From: an uncultured Holophagae bacterium
Lineage (GTDB): Bacteria; Acidobacteriota; Thermoanaerobaculia; Thermoanaerobaculales; Sulfomarinibacteraceae
Reading direction: 5' to 3'
NCBI GenBank assembly: GCA_963714385.1
Contig: CAVQOJ010000003.1
Span: forward strand, 263,720-327,719
Length of the DNA: 64,000 nt
Position 1 is the stretch's first letter. Every line of letters starts with the position of its first letter. The notes under the pieces were generated by a model. It was not told the DNA's origin. It did no database searches and saw only the letters and a list, made by a program, of their open reading frames with translations. Position numbers and translations under genes: made by a program. Shown here piece by piece: positions 57,311-64,000 of the stretch.

Positions 57311-60300
57311 TCAGTACGCACCCTCCATGGTTGAAGCCGAAGCCGGAATGTAGACCGGGTCGCCGCTGTCGCCGTCGACCACCGAGGCATGGGCCACGAA
57401 GCGGGCAGCCGCGTCGTCACTGTGAAGGACGGCCCACGCGGTGCCGACGTGGCCAAGCTCGCTTGAGAGGATCCTGGTCACCTGGAAAAACCCTCCGGCG
57501 ACCAGCGGAACAGAGATCTCTCCGAGCAGGGCGCCGCCGTCGGCGAAGACCTGCACCGCGACCGTGGTCGCCTCGCCGGCGAAGGAGGTGATGCCGAGGT
57601 TGGTGCGGAAACCGTCGGCCGAGCTGAGCCCGCCGAGGACGACGGCCTGCCCGACCGTCACCGCCTGTGAATCCGTGACCGCCGGCACGAGCTGTCCGTA
57701 GGTCCCGGCAACGGCATCGTTGTAGGTGCGGCTCGATGCCGTGATCCCGGGAGCGGCAGGCATCAGCTCCAACCACCCGGATCCGGTTGTGGCGAAGACC
57801 TGGCGCACGAGATCCTCGAGCAGCAGCGCGGCGCCGGCGGCCAACGTGCGGCTGGATTCGGCGGTCGTTGATCCGTCGGCAGGGTGAAACACCAGGCCGA
57901 CGTCGACCGCGACGTCGCTGAGGTTGACCATCGAGAGATCGGACCTCCACATCGTCTGGTTGTCGCCTGGATTGGAGGCGACGACCGGGATGACCAACCG
58001 GCCGGCGGGCAGGTCTGTCGCATCCACCGGCAGAATGAGGGTCGGGTCGTGGGAGCCGTCGTCGACCACCGAACCGTAGGCGGAGAAGCGTGCGCTGTCG
58101 TCGGTCGCGGAGATGACCGCGTAGCCTCCGCGCACCGCCTCGGTGGTGAATTCCGCAATGACCTCGTTGTTTTGTGCGAACGCACCGGCCGCGACGGTCA
58201 GGGTCCCCGACCCCAGCACGGCGCCGTCAACGCCGTACAGCTCGTAGAGCAACACCAGGGATTGGTCGCCGAAGTTGAAGGCCCCGATGTTGGTGTGGAA
58301 GCCGCCGTTCCCGGCCAGGCCCGGCAGCACGTACGACCGGTCGCCCGGGAGCGCTGCCCCGCGGGCCAACGACGGAATGTACTGGCCGTAGGTGCCGCCC
58401 TGCTCGTCGGAAAAGGTGCGCGACACGCCCACGAATCCGGACCCCGACGCACGGATGGCGATGCCGCCTGCCCCGTGGTGGCCGGTGGCGGCGACCAGGT
58501 CGGCCAGCGACCGTTGACTGCGAGCCGGCAGCGACATGGTGAGGTCGGGCCCGGGGTCGGTGCGGGGGGCGGTCGGCCGGAAGCTCAGGTCCACCATCAG
58601 GTCGGTGTTGGTGGGATTCAGGAAGAAACCGCGCGACCGCCACTGGGATCCGCCCAGTCCGGGCGTGCTGGCCGCCGCCGGGAAGGCCCACTCCTCGACC
58701 GCCTGGACATCCCCAACCAGGTGAGCGCTGACCGGCACGATCGCGCGAGGCAGACCGCGATCGTCTGAAGACACGGTCAAGCTGCCGCGCGGGTCCGCCG
58801 AGCCCCCGTCCTCGACCACCAGCGAAAGCTCGCCGCTGGCCCCGGGCGGGAGCACCGACCCGGCGCCGAATGGCCCGTTAACGATGGCGAAGGGGCCGTC
58901 GACCTGCACATCCAGGACGGTCAGGTCTTCGGTTCCGGTGTTGCTGACCGTCACCGGTCGGGAGGCTCCCTCGACCGTGACGCCGAAGCCGATAGGCGCC
59001 GGGGAGATTTCGATCCGGGGCGCACCGGCGCCGGTTCCGGAGATCTGGATCTGCTTCTCCGGGGTGTCGGGATCGTTGCTCAGCAGGGTGAGAACGGCGG
59101 CGTGCGGGCCCACGGTCTCCGGCGCGAACCGAATGAAGATCGGCAGTGAGTCTCCGGCCGCGATCGCCTCGGGAATGGCAGTGCCCATGCTGAAGCCGGC
59201 GCCGGTCAGCTGAGCGCTCAACGCGAGGGGCGCCGCACCGAAGTTGAGGACGGCGACGATCGCCTGCCCGAAGTCTCCGATCGGAACCGTTCCGGCATTG
59301 GAGGTGGAGGGAGACACCAGGCGCGGGTTCTCCGACAGGGCGCTGCGTCCCGTGATGGGCAGGTATGCAAAGCCCCCCAAGTACGAGGGATCGTTGGTGT
59401 AGAAGAGGATCCAGTCGGACTGCTCCCCCGACGACGACGAGCTGAATTCAATCACCAGATCGAAGGACTCGCCGGCGGCGAGGGTGATCGGCAGGTCGGT
59501 GGGGGAGGTGATCGAAAAGCGCGAACCGCTGCTCATCGCGAGGTCATCGATGATCAGGTCGCTGCCGCCGGTGTTGGTGATCGGCAGGACGACGGTAGAG
59601 GGCTGTCCGCGCCACACCTGGCCGGCGTCGAGGTCGGGTGCATCGGGACCGAAGTCGAGATCGGGCTGGGACGAATGGCTCAGGTGGCTGAGGACGATGC
59701 CGTCCGGGTCCAGCTCGACGCCGGTGGCGGTCGCGCCCAGCTGGAGATCGATGACCTGCTCGGCCACCGCTTCGAGGTCGATGCGGTGGCGTTCGGTGCC
59801 AGAGGTGGTGGTGACCGCCACGTCCATGGGGATTCTGAAGTAGGGTGCGTTCGAATGCTCCTGGGTTACCGTGAGCCGGACCGCCGGACCCGCGACGGCC
59901 TGCCAGTCGAACTGGATCCTGGGCCGGTTGGACCCGTAGACCCACTGGTCGAAGAACCAGTCGAGCTCGGTGCCGGAGGTGGCTTCGAGCACGGCCCGCA
60001 GCTCCTCGCTGGTGGCGGAATCCTCGGCGAACGCTTCACGGTAGGCGCGCAGGCCGGGAAAGAAGGCGTCGTCGCCCATGACGTCGCGCAGCATCCGCAG
60101 CACCAGGGCGCCCTTGTCGTAGACGGTTCGTGAAAACGACACCGGGTTGTCGTAGAGGGGACCGGTGAAGAACTGGGCGGGGTCGGCGTCTTCGGCGTAC
60201 TGCCTGACGAAGTCCTCATCGTAGCGATCTTCGGCCCACACAAACTCCGAGTAGCTCGCGAAGCTCTCGTTGAGCCACAGCTCGCGCCAGTCGTCGCAGG

Positions 60301-61396
60301 TGACCCAGTCGCCCCACCACTGGTGGCCGAGCTCGTGGACGTTGAGCCACTCCATCCAGGGATCGCCGAAGAAGTTGCCGATGGTGGTCAGGGTCTGGTG
60401 CTCCATGCCGCCGCCGAAGTTGGCGGTGAGATTGCCGTACTTCTCTTCAACGAACGGGTACTCATCGAACCGGGAGGCCAGGCTTTCGATCATCTGGGGG
60501 GTGATCGCGAGATCGGCCTCACCGGCATCGGCGAGCTCCGGGTACAGGTAGGCCACCACCGGCATGGTGGATCCGTCGAGGGCGTTGTAGGTCCATTCGC
60601 GGTAGGCGTAGTCCGAGAGGTTCATGACCACCAGGTAGGTGGCCACCTGGTACTGCGACGACCAGGTCGTGGTGGCGGTGCCGTCCGGATTGTCGATGCG
60701 GGACGTCTGGAGCCCGTTGGCGGCGACAGTCAGCTCCGCCGGCGCGGTGACGATCAGGTCCACCGTGGCCTTGTCGTCGGGCCGGTCGTTGCACGGGAAC
60801 CAGACCCGCGCTCCGAAGGGTTCGGCAAAGGTGAAGATCGACCGCGCTCCGGTGTGGTACGACCAGTTGATGCCGTAGCCGGACTGCGAGCCGTGGCCGC
60901 CGTAGGGAATCAAAAGACGTACCGACTCGCCCGCCGAAAGCGGCCGCGGGAGGTCGACGGTGAGGCGGTCCTCGGCGTGCTGGAAGTTGAGCGAGGACGG
61001 GGAGTCCCCGGGGAAGGCGCTGTCGGACAGCAGCACCACCGCCATAACCCTCAGCCCGAGAGCGACGTCGAGCTCGATTGATCGCAGACCGTCCTCGACG
61101 GCGGCGATGTCCACCGCCGCAGTCCCGGAGACCACCTCACGATTGACATCGAGGAGCAGGTCCAGTCGGTAATGGAGGACGTCGATGGGCGACGGGTCGG
61201 GCACCGGCGCCCAGTTCTCCGGTTGGGCCATGGCCATCAGGAGCGCCTTCTCGTGCGAGGCTCGCTTGGCCTCGGCCTCGGCCGCGTGGCGGCTCGTCGC
61301 GAAGGGCTGAAAGGTCCCATCGCCGGTATCCGCCTCATCGGCGAAGACGGGTAGAGCGATCAGCGAGCAGAGACAGAAAGTGGCGAAAAAACGCAT
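57311..61396 (-). CDS. secreted M1-family (aminopeptidase N-like) metallopeptidase with a ~850-aa beta-rich C-terminal extension
   Basis: ATG 61396 lies 5 nt after GGAGG. Signal sequence FFATFCLCSLIALPVFA. GGMEHQT, HELGHQWWGD and WLNESFASY (GxMEN / HExxH-E). The C-terminal half contains repeated Ig-like or choice-of-anchor-like segments. Confidence 0.85.
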   Translation of the reverse strand: MRFFATFCLCSLIALPVFADEADTGDGTFQPFATSRHAAEAEAKRASHEKALLMAMAQPENWAPVPDPSPIDVLHYRLDLLLDVNREVVSGTAAVDIAAVEDGLRSIELDVALGLRVMAVVLLSDSAFPGDSPSSLNFQHAEDRLTVDLPRPLSAGESVRLLIPYGGHGSQSGYGINWSYHTGARSIFTFAEPFGARVWFPCNDRPDDKATVDLIVTAPAELTVAANGLQTSRIDNPDGTATTTWSSQYQVATYLVVMNLSDYAYREWTYNALDGSTMPVVAYLYPELADAGEADLAITPQMIESLASRFDEYPFVEEKYGNLTANFGGGMEHQTLTTIGNFFGDPWMEWLNVHELGHQWWGDWVTCDDWRELWLNESFASYSEFVWAEDRYDEDFVRQYAEDADPAQFFTGPLYDNPVSFSRTVYDKGALVLRMLRDVMGDDAFFPGLRAYREAFAEDSATSEELRAVLEATSGTELDWFFDQWVYGSNRPRIQFDWQAVAGPAVRLTVTQEHSNAPYFRIPMDVAVTTTSGTERHRIDLEAVAEQVIDLQLGATATGVELDPDGIVLSHLSHSSQPDLDFGPDAPDLDAGQVWRGQPSTVVLPITNTGGSDLIIDDLAMSSGSRFSITSPTDLPITLAAGESFDLVIEFSSSSSGEQSDWILFYTNDPSYLGGFAYLPITGRSALSENPRLVSPSTSNAGTVPIGDFGQAIVAVLNFGAAPLALSAQLTGAGFSMGTAIPEAIAAGDSLPIFIRFAPETVGPHAAVLTLLSNDPDTPEKQIQISGTGAGAPRIEISPAPIGFGVTVEGASRPVTVSNTGTEDLTVLDVQVDGPFAIVNGPFGAGSVLPPGASGELSLVVEDGGSADPRGSLTVSSDDRGLPRAIVPVSAHLVGDVQAVEEWAFPAAASTPGLGGSQWRSRGFFLNPTNTDLMVDLSFRPTAPRTDPGPDLTMSLPARSQRSLADLVAATGHHGAGGIAIRASGSGFVGVSRTFSDEQGGTYGQYIPSLARGAALPGDRSYVLPGLAGNGGFHTNIGAFNFGDQSLVLLYELYGVDGAVLGSGTLTVAAGAFAQNNEVIAEFTTEAVRGGYAVISATDDSARFSAYGSVVDDGSHDPTLILPVDATDLPAGRLVIPVVASNPGDNQTMWRSDLSMVNLSDVAVDVGLVFHPADGSTTAESSRTLAAGAALLLEDLVRQVFATTGSGWLELMPAAPGITASSRTYNDAVAGTYGQLVPAVTDSQAVTVGQAVVLGGLSSADGFRTNLGITSFAGEATTVAVQVFADGGALLGEISVPLVAGGFFQVTRILSSELGHVGTAWAVLHSDDAAARFVAHASVVDGDSGDPVYIPASASTMEGAY

Positions 61397-61456
61397 GCGG
61401 TCCTCCAAGGGCGGGCATTGTACAAGGTCCGCGGGATGTCGGCACGCCGACGGAAG

Positions 61457-61512
61457 CAGTTGGCCGTTAGCCGTTGGCCGTTAGCAGTTAGCCGTTGGCA
61501 GTTTACGGTGTC
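61457..61512. repeat. period-7 array, 8 units (CAGTTGG CCGTTAG CCGTTGG CCGTTAG CAGTTAG CCGTTGG CAGTTTA CGGTGTC)
   Basis: Longest array in the window. Its reverse complement family (AACGGCC / AACTGCC) lies at 61992..62026. Confidence 0.9.
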
Positions 61513-61539
61513 GCAGCCGTTGGCTGCTGCTGTCGGTGA

Positions 61540-61570
61540 GTTGGAAATTGAACGTTCCGCCCGCCCTCCC
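61540..61570. repeat. period-7 units GTTGGAA ATTGAAC GTT fused to the C-box CCGCCCGCCCTCCC
   Basis: Homologous to 44503..44541 and 21265..21296, including the upstream CTGCTGCTGTCGG segment. Confidence 0.8.
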
Positions 61571-61971
61571 ATCATTGGAGACAGAAAAACACAGAGAAAC
61601 ACTGACTTCCCCCGCCCGCCCGGGTGAGAAGGGGAGGAGGGGAGAAAAGGAGAAAGAAAAAACCCTGAATGTGGATAGGGAAACCCATCCTCCCACCTGG
61701 GTGAGATGAGGAGAAGGGGAAGGCTCCCGTCGACGCCTCCTTCCATTGTCATCCCGAACGAGGGCCGAAGGGCCGAGGAGGGATCCGTTCGACTCGCTTC
61801 TCTCGCTCAGGACAAGTCTGGGTCAGCGGTTGATGCCATAAACCACTCGAGAGAGCCCGAACAGGACGACTCGGTTGCACATAACGAACCGATCCGCGCC
61901 GAACGATTCCCGAGATTGCCCAGGTTCTTCCGTGACCCTTCAGTTCCCGTTCCCAATGACATCCATCGGCT

Positions 61972-62052
61972 GGGCCGGGTGGGCGGGCGGGAATTCCCAA
62001 CTGCCAACGGCAAACGGCCAACTGACATCCGGGTGGGTGGGCGGGGGCTGGG
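61972..62052. repeat. G-box, period-7 array, G-box composite
   Basis: GGGCCGGGTGGGCGGGCGGG (61972-91). AATTCCC AACTGCC AACGGCA AACGGCC AACTGAC (61992-62026). GGGTGGGTGGGCGGGGGCTGGG (62031-52). Ends 38 nt before murB. Confidence 0.9.
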
Positions 62053-62089
62053 CTTGAGGCGGGGCGTGCCTTAGGGCACACTGGCCCGG

Positions 62090-63190
62090 ATGGAATTCGA
62101 CCGGGCCATGCGCCCCGTGAAAACTCGCGACGCAGTCGACCTGGCGTCACTCACCACTCTGGAGGTTGGGGGACCGGCCCGTCACTATCTGGAGGTCGAT
62201 GACGAGGGCGCGCTGTTGGAGGCGCTGGGGTGGTCGAGGACCGAAGGGCTGCCGGTCACCGTCCTCGGCGGGGGCAGCAACGTGGTGATCGCGGACGCCG
62301 GGGTCGAGGGGTTGGTGCTCCGAGTCGGCCTCGGCGGGATCCGGGTGCAACGAGATGGTGACGCCGCCTTACTGACGGCGGCGGCGGGAGAGCCGTGGGA
62401 CGGCGTCGTCGCACATTCCCTGGCCGATGGCCTGGCGGGTCTGGAGTGCCTGTCCGGGATTCCCGGATCGGCGGGTGCGACCCCGATCCAGAACGTCGGC
62501 GCCTACGGCCAGGAGATCGCCGACGTCATCGACTCGGTCCGGGTGGTGGACCGATCGACCCTGGAGGTATCCATCCTGTCGCCCGGCGATCTCGGCTTCG
62601 ATTATCGCACCAGCCGGCTGCGCGAGACTCCGGACCGGTTCGTGGTGCTCGACGTCAGCTTTCGGCTCACCAGGGGTGGCGACGCGGTCGTTCGCTATCC
62701 CGAGCTGCGGCGGGCGTTGGAGGTGCATGCTGCCGCCCCGTCCCCAGCCCAAGTTCGGGAGGCGGTGCTCGAGCTGCGGCGCTCCAAGTCGATGGTGATC
62801 GAGCCGGACGACCCGAACCGTCGCAGCGTCGGGTCGTTCTTCGTCAACCCCGTAATCGAGCCGTGGGCCGGCGCCGAGCTCGAGCGTCGGGTCGAGGGCT
62901 TGGGCGAGGGCCGCGCCGTGCCGATGTACGCGACCGAACCCGGGCGGGTGAAGGTCTCGGCAGCCTGGCTCATCGAGCACTCGGGCTTCGCCAGGGGACA
63001 CGGGCGCGGGGCGGTCGGCCTGTCCACCCGGCACTGCCTCGCCCTGGTCAACCGCGGCGGCGCCACGGCGCGCGAGATCATCGCCTTCGCGAGGGACATT
63101 CGTCGTGCGGTTCGGGACCGCTTCGGGATTCTCTTGCAGCCGGAGCCGGTCTTTCTCGGGTTCGATCGTTCGAATCCTCTCGACGAATAG
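62090..63190 (+). CDS. murB: UDP-N-acetylenolpyruvoylglucosamine reductase
   Basis: 366 aa. FAD-binding LTTLEVGGPA, VLGGGSNVV, GIPGSAGATPIQNVGAYG and a C-terminal SAAWLIE block. Confidence 0.9.
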   Translation: MEFDRAMRPVKTRDAVDLASLTTLEVGGPARHYLEVDDEGALLEALGWSRTEGLPVTVLGGGSNVVIADAGVEGLVLRVGLGGIRVQRDGDAALLTAAAGEPWDGVVAHSLADGLAGLECLSGIPGSAGATPIQNVGAYGQEIADVIDSVRVVDRSTLEVSILSPGDLGFDYRTSRLRETPDRFVVLDVSFRLTRGGDAVVRYPELRRALEVHAAAPSPAQVREAVLELRRSKSMVIEPDDPNRRSVGSFFVNPVIEPWAGAELERRVEGLGEGRAVPMYATEPGRVKVSAAWLIEHSGFARGHGRGAVGLSTRHCLALVNRGGATAREIIAFARDIRRAVRDRFGILLQPEPVFLGFDRSNPLDE

Positions 63191-63196
63191 GTGCGG

Positions 63197-63231
63197 AGTC
63201 AAAAGTCCAAAGTCAAAAGTCGAAAGTCGGA
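63197..63231. repeat. period-7 array AGTCAAA AGTCCAA AGTCAAA AGTCGAA AGTCGGA
   Basis: Starts 7 nt after the murB stop. Same leader (GCGGAGTCAAAAGT) as the array after oleA. Confidence 0.9.
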
Positions 63232-63372
63232 TGGCGAAGGTCGAGGGGGGTTGGGCATCGGGCTTGGATTGAAGGCCTGTCGGTCGGGCGTGGTTGGTTT
63301 AATTGGAAGGTGGTTGACGCGGTGAAGATCGGGCCGCACATTGGAGTGGGTTCGCTCCGAGGAGGGTTTGCA

Positions 63373-63864
63373 ATGAACGCAACGAAACTCGTCGGCGTGG
63401 TCGCAGTCATCGGTGTGGTAGGTCTGGCTGGAGTCGCCGGTGCGGCGGAGGGCTCGGATGACAATCGGCTGGCGGGGGTCGAGGAATCCCTGGCTCGAAT
63501 TGAAGCTCTCCTTGAGGAGCTGGTCGAGACCTCGAAGGCGAACGTCATCGCGTCCATCTACGAGACAACAGTGACGCGAATCGGTGTGGTAGAGAGCAGG
63601 CATGCCGAGATCGAGAAGGAGGAGCGTGCAACGCTGTTTGCAATCGAAGGCGTTCGAGGGCGACTCGACGATTTGTCCACCACGGGGATGGCGCTGACGA
63701 ACGACGAAAAGACCGAGATCGCTTCCGATCTTGAACAACGAGCGATTGAATTTGAAGAGTCCCTCAGGGATTTTAGGTCCGCGATCGCGGAGCTCGAAGT
63801 TGAACTCCTCAGTCTCGAGGTTCAAAGAAGCAAACTCGAGGAAGCGATCGCAGATCTGCAGTAA
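63373..63864 (+). CDS. small secreted coiled-coil protein, lower G+C than its neighbours
   Basis: ATG 63373 within ORF 62395..63864. Signal-like MNATKLVGVVAVIGVVGLAGVAGAAEG, then a heptad-rich Glu/Leu/Ile helix. Third codon positions are visibly richer in A/T than in flanking genes. Confidence 0.55.
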   Translation: MNATKLVGVVAVIGVVGLAGVAGAAEGSDDNRLAGVEESLARIEALLEELVETSKANVIASIYETTVTRIGVVESRHAEIEKEERATLFAIEGVRGRLDDLSTTGMALTNDEKTEIASDLEQRAIEFEESLRDFRSAIAELEVELLSLEVQRSKLEEAIADLQ

Positions 63865-63868
63865 AACT

Positions 63869-63914
63869 GGGCGGGCGGGTGGGAACTTTCGACTTTCAAC
63901 TTTCAACTGCCAAC
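63869..63914. repeat. G-box GGGCGGGCGGGTGGG fused to the period-7 array AACTTTC GACTTTC AACTTTC AACTGCC AAC
   Basis: The G-box starts 5 nt after the stop at 63862-64. The array is inverted relative to 63197..63231. Confidence 0.9.
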
Positions 63915-63966
63915 ACCGCGAGCGACCGCGAGTGTCCTTTGACCGCCCCACGGGAGTCTTCAATCA

Positions 63967-64000
63967 GTTCGAAAAGCGGGGCGGGGGAGCGGGTGGGCAG
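63967..64000. repeat. second copy of the G-quadruplex-in-loop hairpin, truncated by the window edge
   Basis: CAATCAGTTCGAAAAGCGGGGCGGGGGAGCGGGTGGGCAG parallels CAATCACTTCGAAAAGCGGGGTAGGGAGGGAAGGGGGCAG at 56461... The right arm would lie beyond base 64000. Confidence 0.6.

Noticed and set aside
61706-62074. ORFs inside the repeat-rich spacers: 61706..62074 (+), 61360..61752 (-), 21273..21506 (+), 15066..15458 (+), 44511..44702 (+).
   Set aside because: They are composed of translated arrays, G/C boxes or element leader sequence. They have no start context or motif. Where a second copy exists, they are not conserved as reading frames between copies.

Overview
High-GC (about two-thirds G+C by eye) bacterial chromosomal segment with about 38 protein-coding genes. 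I found no rRNA, tRNA or CRISPR array. All calls come from reading the ORF translations and the DNA by hand, so hand-counted coordinates may be off by 1-2 nt.

Gene content:
- Central metabolism: aceE-aceF, gdhA plus a frameshifted second glutamate dehydrogenase, mdh, pfk, gloB-gshB, murB.
- Lipids: a complete oleABCD olefin cluster and a WS/DGAT wax-ester synthase.
- Secreted hydrolases: M16, M1 and M28 peptidases and a clan-A glycosidase. The M28 and glycosidase genes are frameshifted.
- c-di-GMP signalling: two PilZ-domain proteins (1..1436, 56568..57290) and one REC-PAS-GGDEF-EAL protein.
- Three paralogous PEP/pyruvate-binding ATP-grasp proteins that lack a swivel domain.
- One 1961-aa ORF that fuses a TamB-like protein to a POTRA/Omp85 barrel.

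The most unusual signal is non-coding:
- About two-thirds of the longer intergenic spacers carry short tandem arrays with a strict 7-nt period. The unit sequence changes from locus to locus (GTTGAAA, AGTCAAA, GAATTCG, AATTTTC, GTGAAAA, CCGTTGG, CGTTTAA, CAATCCG and others).
- Many arrays abut canonical G-quadruplex boxes (GGGNGGGNGGGNGGG).
- Arrays are often arranged as inverted pairs. These bracket either 28-45 bp spacers or 0.5-0.7 kb cargo.
- One array has been split by an 848-bp element that resembles a 23S rRNA intervening sequence. It has imperfect terminal inverted repeats, an 8-bp direct duplication, a long conserved leader hairpin and an Avd-like four-helix-bundle ORF.
- A deleted second copy and a relic third copy of that element lie elsewhere in the window.

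I cannot assign these arrays to any repeat class I know.
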